A stretch of 64,000 nt of DNA from Candidatus Coatesbacteria bacterium (GCA_030602715.1 JAUVZD010000001.1:124403-188402), one strand, 5' to 3'. Positions 19,034 through 27,749 are shown, counted from the first letter of the stretch. Made by a program: numbers and translations. The notes: generated by a model from the letters alone, not told the origin.

Positions 19034-20719
19034 TCATATCCTCCCGGACCTTATTATATTTATCACCAGCCATATCCCCAAAACGCCGGCGAAGAGGAAG
19101 CCCAATATCCCAATAATGGGATAACCGAAAAGCAGGGGCTTTATCTTGGTGGTCATAATCATGGAGGAGCCGATGATGAGGGCGGCGATGATGAAGGAGA
19201 AGGAGATGCGCCGACTGGCTGTGTCCAGGACCCGGATCAATCCCTCCAGGTTGCGATGCTCAAACTCTATCCTCATCTTTCCCTGCTGAACCTTCCGCAA
19301 TATGTTTCCCAGAGTCTCCGGCAGATTTACCATCAGTCTGCTGAAATCCTGGATGGAATAGATGGTTCGTTTGAGGATGTTTTTTGGGGAGAAGCGTTTG
19401 CGGAAGAGCTCCCGGGCATAGGGCTTGGCAAGCTCTATTATGTCCACATCGGGATAGATTTTGCGGGTGATGGATTCTATGTTGGCGACGGACTTGATAA
19501 GCAGGACAAGCTCTGGGGGAAGGATGACATTGTTCCTGCGGGCGACGGTGTTGACTTCGTTGGCTATATCAGCCATATTGATGAAGCGTAAGGGAACACC
19601 ATAATACCGACCTACCAGCATGTTGAGGTCTCTCTTGAATTTACGCATGTCCAGCTCATCGGAGAAGGTGCCTATGGAGATATACTCCTGAGCAGCCCGG
19701 TTGAAATCCTGGTGGGTAAGTGCCAGCAGGATATTGACCAGCTGGTCCACCAACCCCTCATCAAGCCTTCCCATCTGCCCCCAGTCAATTATTGCTACCT
19801 CTCCTGCTGGTGTGACGAGGATATTTCCCGGATGGGGGTCGGAGTGGAAGAAGCCGTGTTCAAATATCTGCTTCATGAAACATTTAATAATGGTGGTGGC
19901 GATTTTCTCCCGGTCTATCTCCTCATCGGGATTTTCAATAAAATATTTGATGCTCTTACCACTGATGAATTCCACCACCAATATTCTCTTGGTGGTGTAA
20001 TCCCAGAAGATGCGGGGAACGATTAACCCCTCAAATTCAGCCAACATCTCCGCCAATCTGGTGGTATTGCTCGCCTCCAGAGAGAAGTCCAGCTCTCTGG
20101 ATACAGAGAAGGATAGCTCCTCAATCAGACCCACCGGGTTATACATGCGCAGTTCGGGTATTCGCCGCTCAACCATCCGGGCAAGGTCAAGCAGGATTTC
20201 CAGGTCGGCACGAACCTGAGGCTCTATCTTCGGTCTCTGCACCTTAACCACAACTTCCTCTCCCGACTTCAACCTCGCTTTATGCACCTGAGCCAGGGAA
20301 GCGCTGGAGAAGGGCTTATCGGTGAAAGAGGCGAAGATTTCCTGCGGAGGTTGACCCAATTCGGTTTTGATTATCTCAAGAACTTGATGGTAGGGGAAGG
20401 GAGCGGCTTCATCCAGTAACTTGGTGAACTCCTGGGTGAACTCTGCAGGAATGAGGTCGGGTCGGGTGCTCAGCAGTTGTCCGAACTTGACGAAGGTGGG
20501 ACCGAGGTCCTCCAAAACCATCCGCAATCTTCGGGGAAGGGTAATCGGTTCCGGAGGAGTGGGCTCATGAACGGTCTTGATGCGTCCGCCTAAAGTTATA
20601 AAGTATTTCAACCCCAAAGCTTCCAGGAGATGACCGAAACCATGTTTTGCCAGGATGTTTGCAATCTCCCGGAAGCGATGCATATGGCGGAATCGTTGTT
20701 TGAGTTTGATGATACGCAT
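19034..20719 (-). CDS. AarF/ABC1/UbiB family atypical kinase
   Basis: LGPTFVKFGQ.LSTR.D, ASLAQVH.A, VKVQRP, FFHSDPHPGN, IDWG; C-terminal TMs. Confidence 0.93.
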   Translation of the reverse strand: MRIIKLKQRFRHMHRFREIANILAKHGFGHLLEALGLKYFITLGGRIKTVHEPTPPEPITLPRRLRMVLEDLGPTFVKFGQLLSTRPDLIPAEFTQEFTKLLDEAAPFPYHQVLEIIKTELGQPPQEIFASFTDKPFSSASLAQVHKARLKSGEEVVVKVQRPKIEPQVRADLEILLDLARMVERRIPELRMYNPVGLIEELSFSVSRELDFSLEASNTTRLAEMLAEFEGLIVPRIFWDYTTKRILVVEFISGKSIKYFIENPDEEIDREKIATTIIKCFMKQIFEHGFFHSDPHPGNILVTPAGEVAIIDWGQMGRLDEGLVDQLVNILLALTHQDFNRAAQEYISIGTFSDELDMRKFKRDLNMLVGRYYGVPLRFINMADIANEVNTVARRNNVILPPELVLLIKSVANIESITRKIYPDVDIIELAKPYARELFRKRFSPKNILKRTIYSIQDFSRLMVNLPETLGNILRKVQQGKMRIEFEHRNLEGLIRVLDTASRRISFSFIIAALIIGSSMIMTTKIKPLLFGYPIIGILGFLFAGVLGIWLVINIIRSGRI

Positions 20720-20810
20720 ATTTCTAACTATAGCGGAATCTCAGTTTAAGGTGAGCAAATCAAAAGGGGGCAGACACCCCCCAAGCGTTTTGACAGACTG
20801 TAACCAAGAG

Positions 20811-20966
20811 CTATTTGTTTTTCTCTTCATCAACCTTAAATTCAACCAACACTTTACCTTTCTCTACCACCTGAAAACCATTCGCCGAAGAGACCACCCT
20901 GCGGTCCTTCCCCGGGTTTCGCTTTAGCCATTTTGCCGCCTGGCTATATGCCTCATCGTAATCCAT
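20811..20966 (-). CDS. Small hypothetical protein (51 aa), not in the ORF track
   Basis: MDYDEAYSQAAKWLKRNPGKDRRVVSSANGFQVVEKGKVLVEFKVDEEKNK*; GAGGT RBS; starts 4 nt after the HU stop; followed by a hairpin plus U-tract at about 20762-20782. Confidence 0.65.
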   Translation of the reverse strand: MDYDEAYSQAAKWLKRNPGKDRRVVSSANGFQVVEKGKVLVEFKVDEEKNK

Positions 20967-20970
20967 ATCG

Positions 20971-21255
20971 CTACCTCTGTTTTGAGTTGACCATCTCTTT
21001 GAGTCTCTTGCTGGGGGTGAATTTTACACGAAAGCAATCAGGAAGCGCGATCTGCTTATTTTTTTTAATGTCCCTGGCAATCTTTGCCTCAGCTCGTATT
21101 CTTTTAAATGTGCCGAAGCCACGAACCTCAATCTTCTCCTTATTGAGCAGACCTTTCTTAATCTCATCAAGCAGGAGATTTAACATATTCAATGCTTCCT
21201 TCTGGGAAATGCCGACCTTTAAGGCTACTTTACTGGCGATCTCCCTCTTGGTCAT
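20971..21255 (-). CDS. HU/IHF family DNA-binding protein
   Basis: MTKREIA, EKIEVRGFGTF, F.PSK.LKE. Confidence 0.9.
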   Translation of the reverse strand: MTKREIASKVALKVGISQKEALNMLNLLLDEIKKGLLNKEKIEVRGFGTFKRIRAEAKIARDIKKNKQIALPDCFRVKFTPSKRLKEMVNSKQR

Positions 21256-21332
21256 ATCAATGCCCTTATGGTGATGGAAATAGAAGATGTGGATTCAAGA
21301 GATACGAATTATATTTGTGGCACATAATACCA

Positions 21333-21355
21333 TACTTGTTTTCCGAAAACAAGTA
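21333..21355. promoter_or_regulatory. Perfect 23-bp palindrome over the putative HU promoter
   Basis: TACTTGTTTTC-C-GAAAACAAGTA overlapping TTGTTT-N17-TATTAT (minus strand, 21324-21352). Confidence 0.5.
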
Positions 21356-21380
21356 ATTTTCCAGAGCCATCCATCTCCTC

Positions 21381-22100
21381 CTACGAGTCGCTGATGATCA
21401 GAACCCGGAAGCGATATAAATTCGTCCCGGGAGCCCTCCAACCGTTCAGTCCCAGACCCGCCTTCATACTGGCTATGGAGATGAACTCCTCCTTGCTCAT
21501 GGATTCCTCTAACGCCACCTGAGGCAGGAGAATACCCCGATTGTTACCCCGAATGACCAGTATCCCATCTACGCCCAACTCCATATCATCTAAACTGTAG
21601 AGCTCCTCCATCGGGGAGAGGAGGGATATCTCCATAGAAATATCGACAACTTCACTCTTTTCTACCGGGGGAAAACGGTTATCGTGAAAGGCGGCGAGCA
21701 GAGTGCAATCGGTCACCTCCTGGAATAGGTCACCCTGGGGGGTAATGTGCCCGATGCATCCTCGCAACTCCCCCTCCTTCTTGAGGGTCACAAAGACGCC
21801 GTATTTCTGTAGTGGGTTCTCCTCGTTCCCTTCGGGTATTTCCACCTTCTTCTGGGTGAAGGAGGCTTCCAGTGTCTTATGCGCCATCTCCATCAACTTT
21901 TTCTGGTCATTCTTGGAGAGCTGTGGCGTCTGGGGAATGGGGGAGAGAACCTTCTCTTGGAGGGGTTTTCCCTCTTCCTCTTTTGGTTCCGTCTCTCTGG
22001 AGGCACAGGAGAGGAGGAATAACAATACCAGTGAAATCCCCAGAATGATGACAAAAATGTTTGCATTCATACGGATAGCTTTGGACATAGTCTTTCCCAT
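21381..22100 (-). CDS. AMMECR1-domain protein (AmmeMemoRadiSam protein A-like) with lipoprotein signal
   Basis: GVFVTL, LRGCIG, D.RFPPV, EISLLS, G.LLPQV, KAGL; N-terminal hydrophobic stretch ending LLSC. Confidence 0.88.
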   Translation of the reverse strand: MGKTMSKAIRMNANIFVIILGISLVLLFLLSCASRETEPKEEEGKPLQEKVLSPIPQTPQLSKNDQKKLMEMAHKTLEASFTQKKVEIPEGNEENPLQKYGVFVTLKKEGELRGCIGHITPQGDLFQEVTDCTLLAAFHDNRFPPVEKSEVVDISMEISLLSPMEELYSLDDMELGVDGILVIRGNNRGILLPQVALEESMSKEEFISIASMKAGLGLNGWRAPGTNLYRFRVLIISDS

Positions 22101-22121
22101 TCTCCGGTTTTCAAAATTGGT

Positions 22122-23378
22122 CTAACTGTTCAGGACCGGCACCATGGTGGACGCATCGTAGAGCACCGAGACTCGGGCGTCTCCGCCCAGTATCTCCAGG
22201 GCATCGTCCAATGACTTCTGTGCATCCTCAATGGGAGTGATATATATCTTGCGCAGGACCTGTGGCGCAAGCTCGCTCTTCACCCAGAGCGAAGAGCTCT
22301 TATAGAGGTCAAGGAAGCGAGCGGTTTTGTGGAATCCCAACTTGTAGCCATACTTCAGCTCCAGACGGATCTCGTCCAGGGTCTTTCCCGAAGAAAGGAG
22401 CTCGTAGAAGTTGGCCGGTCCTATGCCGTCGTGGCAGGGGGAATAAAGCATCAGGATTCCCCCCGGCTTGAGGATACGTCTGGCGTGCTCCATAGCCTTC
22501 TGCGATTGATAGAGGTCTATGTCTAAAGGGGGGACAGCCACTGCGATCACCAAATCCGCCTTCTGGGAGGCAGGCAGGGAAAAAACCTCGCCTGCCCTCT
22601 CAGCTGCCTCAAGAAGCGATTTACGAATATCGCCGTGGGAGATGTGATAAATAGAGCCGTCCCGATTGAGAACCGCCTGTATAGAATATATCCGCCAGCG
22701 AGAGAACAAATCCAGACAGGAATCCATCTCCTCGTGCACCGGGTTACCGGCGAGCTTCATAGGGGCGGCTTCTCTGCTCATTGCCAGGGAATGGTTGGCT
22801 TCCACCGCATCGTAGTTGGCGATGCCCGGCATCAATCCCTTGCGTCCCCCAGTGAAGCCGGCAAAGTAGTGGGGCTCAACCGAGCCTATCACCAGCACCG
22901 AATCCACCCGCTCAAGGGCTTTATTAAGGGCTAGTTCTTTACCACTAACGGTTTTGCCCACCGAGAACATGGTATGGTCCTCTTTAGCCTGATGCATTAT
23001 GACTCTGGATTTCACCCTGGGAAGGTTCCTTCCGAAGATAACCTCAAGCTCCTGCGGAGTTGACGCACGATGGGTCCCGGTGGCTATTATGAAAGAGCTT
23101 TTTTCCCAGGGGATATATTTTTCAATGGATTCCAATATGTCTGCGGTGGGTGTGGGGCGCGCATGGTCGTTTACTATGATGAGAACATCATCGGCCGAAG
23201 CTAAAAAGTCGGGCAGTGAGGCGCCCTCTGTGCCATGCTCCCATCCCCAGTCTGCAGGGTCCCGGGGGAAAGGCGAGGGTATGGGCTCTGCCTTGAGCAG
23301 CTCCCCCAGATTCTTCTCCGGAATCTTCAGGGTAATTTTACCCTTATTATAGGGAATTTCTACCACTGTTCTCTTCAT
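22122..23378 (-). CDS. larA: Nickel-pincer-dependent lactate racemase family protein (LarA)
   Basis: VND.ARPTPT, ATGTHR, EPHYFAGFTGGRK, GNPVH.EM, DLYQSQKA, GFHK. Confidence 0.88.
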   Translation of the reverse strand: MKRTVVEIPYNKGKITLKIPEKNLGELLKAEPIPSPFPRDPADWGWEHGTEGASLPDFLASADDVLIIVNDHARPTPTADILESIEKYIPWEKSSFIIATGTHRASTPQELEVIFGRNLPRVKSRVIMHQAKEDHTMFSVGKTVSGKELALNKALERVDSVLVIGSVEPHYFAGFTGGRKGLMPGIANYDAVEANHSLAMSREAAPMKLAGNPVHEEMDSCLDLFSRWRIYSIQAVLNRDGSIYHISHGDIRKSLLEAAERAGEVFSLPASQKADLVIAVAVPPLDIDLYQSQKAMEHARRILKPGGILMLYSPCHDGIGPANFYELLSSGKTLDEIRLELKYGYKLGFHKTARFLDLYKSSSLWVKSELAPQVLRKIYITPIEDAQKSLDDALEILGGDARVSVLYDASTMVPVLNS

Positions 23379-23434
23379 GGCGTTGACCGCTGTTGTGAAC
23401 GCTGGCGGTAGAATACCTCCGCTTGTGCAGGGGC

Positions 23435-23827
23435 TTATTCGTCCAAATCCACCTCTCCAGGCGTCTCTTCTGTGGGGATGGGGACCTCATCGGGTGGTGG
23501 TCCGATAAATTGGAATCGCTCAACCACCACCTTCAACTTGGAGCGCCGGTCGCCTTCCGCTGTCTCCCATTGGTCCAGCTTGAGCCGACCCTCTATGAAA
23601 ATTGGTCGCCCCTTGTTTAGATATTGGGCTATGGTTTCGGCTTGCTTCGCCCAGGCGTCGCAGTCCACGAAGGTGGTCTCCTCCTGTAGTTCTTCGCCTG
23701 CGCCACGAAAGCGTCGGTTGATGGCTAGACCGAAAGAGGTAACTGCGGTTCCATTGGGGGTATAACGTAACTCTGGTTCTCGGGTAAGCCTTCCCAATAA
23801 CAATACTTTATTGAAATCAGCGGACAT
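23435..23827 (-). CDS. ssb: Single-stranded DNA-binding protein
   Basis: NKVLLLGRLTREPELRYT, KG..IFIEGRL, acidic C-terminal tail. Confidence 0.95.
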   Translation of the reverse strand: MSADFNKVLLLGRLTREPELRYTPNGTAVTSFGLAINRRFRGAGEELQEETTFVDCDAWAKQAETIAQYLNKGRPIFIEGRLKLDQWETAEGDRRSKLKVVVERFQFIGPPPDEVPIPTEETPGEVDLDE

Positions 23828-23934
23828 TAGCTTTATCTCTCCTTCCTGTTTTGAATTATGTTATCTGCGTGGTTTCATAATAATTTAATGGGAGGCTGAA
23901 ATCAAGCGAAAAAGCAATTTGGTAAAGAAATCGG

Positions 23935-23963
23935 TTGACTTTGATATACCCTTCAGTTATAAT
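23935..23963 (+). promoter_or_regulatory. Near-consensus sigma70 promoter
   Basis: TTGACT-N17-TATAAT. Confidence 0.75.
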
Positions 23964-24004
23964 TTGAACAAGTTTACTCTCAGGTAGATAGCCGGAAGAG
24001 GACC

Positions 24005-24517
24005 ATGTCGCTGATTAATGACACAGTATTGGTGCTGAACTTCTCATATGAACCGCTCAATGTGACCAGCGTCAAAAGGGCGCTTATTTTGTTATTCCTG
24101 GAGAAGGCAGAACTGGTTGAGAACGGCAGGGGGGAGTATATCTCCAGCCCCACCCGCCGGTTTCCCAAGCCCAGTGTGGTGCGTCTCCTGAGATATATCC
24201 ACCCGCGCCTTAAGTCGGTGCGTTTCACCCGCAGTAATATCATCAAACGCGACAGTGGGATGTGCCAGTATTGTGGGGGGAACGGCAAGGAGCTGACCAT
24301 AGATCATGTGATTCCCCTCTCCATGGGTGGAGAGGACTCCTGGGGCAACTGCGTAGCATGCTGTAAGGAATGTAATAACAAAAAGGGCAACCGAACCCCG
24401 AGAACGGCTAGTATGACTTTGGTGCGCAAGCCCAAAGAACCCACTCCGCTATATTTTCTGTCCGTTCGTTCAAGTAACCGCAAGAGGGAGTGGCGGAAAT
24501 ACCTGTTTATGTCCTAA
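24005..24517 (+). CDS. HNH endonuclease (McrA-like standalone)
   Basis: LVLN.SYEPL, RD...CQYCG, TIDHVIP.S.GG, W.N.V.CC..CN.KK. Confidence 0.92.
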   Translation: MSLINDTVLVLNFSYEPLNVTSVKRALILLFLEKAELVENGRGEYISSPTRRFPKPSVVRLLRYIHPRLKSVRFTRSNIIKRDSGMCQYCGGNGKELTIDHVIPLSMGGEDSWGNCVACCKECNNKKGNRTPRTASMTLVRKPKEPTPLYFLSVRSSNRKREWRKYLFMS

Positions 24518-24534
24518 TTCCGTGGAGGGAAAGG

Positions 24535-25053
24535 ATGAGAAGAGCTACTCTAACTATAATTGCCGTGACGGTCGCCGGAATGGTCCTTTTTGCCGGTTGT
24601 CAGCACTACACATTTACCCCCAACCTGCCTGCCTATATCAAGAAGATTGCGGTGCCGATATTTGGCAATTTGACATTTAAGTATGGGCTGGAGAGCGACC
24701 TTACTCGCATAATCATAGACGAGTTTATCACCGACGGTCACCTGGAGATAGTCAGCGAGGCTGACGCAGATGCCGTCTTGCGGGGAACCATCTCCTATTA
24801 CAAGCTGGAGCCGATCAGCTTTGACGCCAGCGAGGTGGTGACGGAGTATCATTTGACCGTCTCACTCCGGCTGGAGTTTGAAGACATGACCAGCAAGGAG
24901 GTCCTCTGGGAAGAGCCAAATATATATGAATATGTAAACTACTTCCCCCTAGGAACCGGGGGCATACCGGAGACGGAGCAGGATGCCTTTGAGCGTCTGG
25001 CGGAGGTTCTGGCTCAGGATGTGGTTCGCCGCACGGTGGAGGGCTGGTGGTAG
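24535..25053 (+). CDS. lptE: LPS assembly lipoprotein LptE family
   Basis: Lipobox FAGC, IAVP.F.N.T, ADAVL.G.I; lies directly upstream of holA. Confidence 0.8.
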   Translation: MRRATLTIIAVTVAGMVLFAGCQHYTFTPNLPAYIKKIAVPIFGNLTFKYGLESDLTRIIIDEFITDGHLEIVSEADADAVLRGTISYYKLEPISFDASEVVTEYHLTVSLRLEFEDMTSKEVLWEEPNIYEYVNYFPLGTGGIPETEQDAFERLAEVLAQDVVRRTVEGWW

Positions 25054-26093
25054 CGCTCAAGGCTATAGAGGATATAAAGACCGGGAAAATTGCCCCGGTC
25101 TTCCTCCTTAGCGGGGAGGAGACCTATCTCATAGACCAGGCGGTCGCCTATTTCAAGGAACACATATTGAATGGCAGTGAATTTGACCTGCATCAGCTCT
25201 CCGCATCCGAGGTGGAGGTGAGCGAGCTTTCCAGCAACTTGCGCACGCCTCCATTTCTTGCCAAAAAGAGATTGATAATAATCTCTTCAGCCGACAAGCA
25301 AGAAACCGATAAACTGGACGAAGAAGCATGGGGTTTAGTAAGTGAGCAGGCGGACGAGAGGGAGGGTTACTCCTGTCTGCTTCTGGTGGCTCCGTCCTTT
25401 GATAAGCGGCGAAAGGCTATTGCCAAGCTGAGCAAGATGGGCTTGCACATTCATTGCCCCCGTCTCTCACCGCAACAGTTGGAGGATTGGGTGATCAAGG
25501 ATGTCAAGCGATATGGAAAGAGGATAGAGCCCAAAGCCAGTCTGCTTTTGATAGATGCCTGTGAAAACAGCCTGGCTAAGATGGCTGGGGAACTTGTCAA
25601 ACTCAGCCTGTATGTGGGGGAGAGGGAAGAGATAGGGGAGGAGGACGTGCTTGAGGTGGTGGAAGCCTCCCACCTGGCTTTGTTGGTGTTTGACCTGAAT
25701 AAGTATATTAATCTGCGAAAAATTTCAATGGCCATGAAACTTATAAGGGCTCTCTTTTTTCTGAAAGCTCAATATTTCCGCGGGGACCCGGCACCGCCAA
25801 TAATCAGCATAATGGGGCAGCACATCAAAAAGTTGCTTCTGGCGAAGGAATTGGGCAGGGCAACAGCAAAAGGGATTTTAGCATCAAAGCTCGCTGTTCC
25901 TCCATATTATGTTAACGACTATATAAGCGGTGCCGAAAATTACACCCTTGCGGAATTGAAGAGGGCTTTGAGCTTACTGGTGAGGTTGGACTATCTCTCC
26001 AAGATCGGTCGGGTTGAGGCTGAATATGGTTTGATGTTGTGGATAACGGAATTATTCCTGACCGATACTCGGTTAAAAGTGGGTACTTTATAA
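25047..26093 (+). CDS. holA: DNA polymerase III delta subunit
   Basis: PVFLL.GEE.YL, PF...KRL, EL.KL.LY, D...K.G; lptE-holA synteny. Confidence 0.88.
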   Translation: MVALKAIEDIKTGKIAPVFLLSGEETYLIDQAVAYFKEHILNGSEFDLHQLSASEVEVSELSSNLRTPPFLAKKRLIIISSADKQETDKLDEEAWGLVSEQADEREGYSCLLLVAPSFDKRRKAIAKLSKMGLHIHCPRLSPQQLEDWVIKDVKRYGKRIEPKASLLLIDACENSLAKMAGELVKLSLYVGEREEIGEEDVLEVVEASHLALLVFDLNKYINLRKISMAMKLIRALFFLKAQYFRGDPAPPIISIMGQHIKKLLLAKELGRATAKGILASKLAVPPYYVNDYISGAENYTLAELKRALSLLVRLDYLSKIGRVEAEYGLMLWITELFLTDTRLKVGTL

Positions 26094-26126
26094 AAGCTAT
26101 GGAGAAAAACTGTCTATTAAGGAGGG

Positions 26127-27122
26127 ATGAGAATGATTGAGGGAAATATCGGACGAGGTGGCATTCTATTAATACTTATAATTGCGTTATCGTTCTTCGG
26201 CTGTGCCAAGAAGGAGGCGGAGCGGGAGACCGCCGCTGTGGAAGAAGGGTATGCCGAGTATGAGTATGAGGAGGTCATGCCCGCTGAGAAGATGAAAGAA
26301 ATTGAAGCCCCCGCTGCTGATTATGCGGATGAAGGTGTAGTCAGTGGGGTAGAGGATGTAACTATTGAAACCTTCGCCGGTGAGGTCACCGACGAGGATA
26401 TCGGAATAGAGCAGATCAAGGTCAGCAGAAAGGTCATCAAGACCGGGAATGTGACCATTGAGGTGGGTAGTGTAGATGAGTCGTTGCAGGAACTGAACAA
26501 GATATTGGAGAAATACCAGGCTGATATTGACAATCGTATGGTGGTGGGAGCGGGGAAGTATCAGGGAATGTATGCGGTTACATCGGTGCGGGTTGCCCCG
26601 GAACATTTTGAGGAACTGGTTGAGGATGTTAAGGAGTTGGGGGAGCTTAAGGACGAGAACATTTCTGCCCAGGATGTGACCAAACAACATGTGGACTTGA
26701 TGGCCCGGCTCAAAAACGCCAGAATGGTGAGGGAACGCTATCAGAGTATGTTGGATAAAGCGGTAACTGTAGGTGAGATGATAACCATAGAACATGAGCT
26801 GGAGCGGGTCAGTGAGAAGATAGAGATGTTGCAGGCGGAGCTGGACAGTCTGATGGATTTGGAGAGGCGCTCCACTCTGACCATAACCCTGCAGGAGCCG
26901 ACAAGCTTCTTTGAACCCTTCGCCGGCTTTGGACAGGGAATGATGGAGACATTCAGGTGGGTGGTACAGATATTGATCTACAGCTTACGTGTCTTAATTA
27001 TCTTGATTCCTTTCGTCATAATCTTCATAATTGTCTTCCTGATTATAAAGTTGATAATCAGGCTGGTGCGCTTGCTGGGCAAGCCCAGGGGTAAGCCGGC
27101 GGAGAAGAAGGGAGAGGTCTGA
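26127..27122 (+). CDS. DUF4349 domain lipoprotein
   Basis: Lipobox FFGC, RKVIK.G, DVT.Q.VD..ARL.N, coiled coil, C-terminal TMs. Confidence 0.82.
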   Translation: MRMIEGNIGRGGILLILIIALSFFGCAKKEAERETAAVEEGYAEYEYEEVMPAEKMKEIEAPAADYADEGVVSGVEDVTIETFAGEVTDEDIGIEQIKVSRKVIKTGNVTIEVGSVDESLQELNKILEKYQADIDNRMVVGAGKYQGMYAVTSVRVAPEHFEELVEDVKELGELKDENISAQDVTKQHVDLMARLKNARMVRERYQSMLDKAVTVGEMITIEHELERVSEKIEMLQAELDSLMDLERRSTLTITLQEPTSFFEPFAGFGQGMMETFRWVVQILIYSLRVLIILIPFVIIFIIVFLIIKLIIRLVRLLGKPRGKPAEKKGEV

Positions 27123-27126
27123 TACA

Positions 27127-27519
27127 ATGGCTAAGGCTGGCACCCCGCCAAGGCGGGGTAGGGATGGCACCCCGCCAAGGCGGGGTAGGGAGAAAAGCAT
27201 AACCAAGGCGATATTGGCAAAGCGCATAGCCGAAAGGTGTGATTTTAGTCAGAGGAGGTCGGCGCAGGCAATTCAAAGTATCCTTGATGAGATTGTTGAG
27301 GCGATGGCGGAAAGTGCTAAGGAAGCTGAACGCAAAGGAAACGATAGGGGCAGGACAAATGTTGAATTCAGGGGTTTCGGTAGCTTTAAGGTAAGGCGGC
27401 GCAGACCACGAATAGCCAAGAATCCACGAACAGCAAAGGATGTATCGGTTCCTGCTAAGTGGATACCTTATTTTAAGGTATCAAAGGAGTTTCGTGAATT
27501 GATTGCAAAATCAAAATAG
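27127..27519 (+). CDS. HU/IHF-beta-like DNA-binding protein with N-terminal repeat insertion
   Basis: ITK..LA, VEFRGFGSF, R.AKNP.T, PYFK.SKE. Confidence 0.9.
   Translation: MAKAGTPPRRGRDGTPPRRGREKSITKAILAKRIAERCDFSQRRSAQAIQSILDEIVEAMAESAKEAERKGNDRGRTNVEFRGFGSFKVRRRRPRIAKNPRTAKDVSVPAKWIPYFKVSKEFRELIAKSK
27138..27191. repeat. Exact 2 x 27-bp tandem repeat, each unit containing a palindrome
   Basis: TGGCACCCCGCCAAGGCGGGGTAGGGA at 27138-27164 and 27165-27191. Confidence 0.95.
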
Positions 27520-27541
27520 AGCGGAAAGGATAAAATGAAAC

Positions 27542-27634
27542 ATGGGAAGTTCTCGTAAGCAGAAGAGGCGCAAGATAGCAACGCACAAAAGGAAGAAGCG
27601 TTCCCGGGCTAATAGGCACAAGAAGAAGAAATAG
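27542..27634 (+). CDS. Small basic ribosomal protein bS22-like (AURKAIP1/COX24 domain), not in the ORF track
   Basis: MGSSRKQKRRKIATHKRKKRSRANRHKKKK*; matches the K.ATHKRKK..R.NRHKKK pattern; AAAGGA RBS upstream, hairpin downstream. Confidence 0.82.
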   Translation: MGSSRKQKRRKIATHKRKKRSRANRHKKKK

Positions 27635-27640
27635 CTGAGG

Positions 27641-27667
27641 GCACCGGTGGGAGGAAGCCGGTGCTTT
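27641..27667 (+). terminator. Putative intrinsic terminator after the bS22-like gene
   Basis: GCACCGG-N10-CCGGTGC-TTT. Confidence 0.5.
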
Positions 27668-27749
27668 CAAGTTGAGCAATACTAATTTAACATAATAGTT
27701 CTTATCGGCTATTATCACTTCACTTTCTCACCATTATCTTTCAAATATA

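Noticed and set aside
24005-24517. HNH gene as part of a restriction or defence system
   Set aside because: No methylase, ATPase or other defence gene nearby.
27138-27191. Palindromic 27-bp repeats as a mini CRISPR array
   Set aside because: Units are directly adjacent with no spacer and lie inside a CDS.
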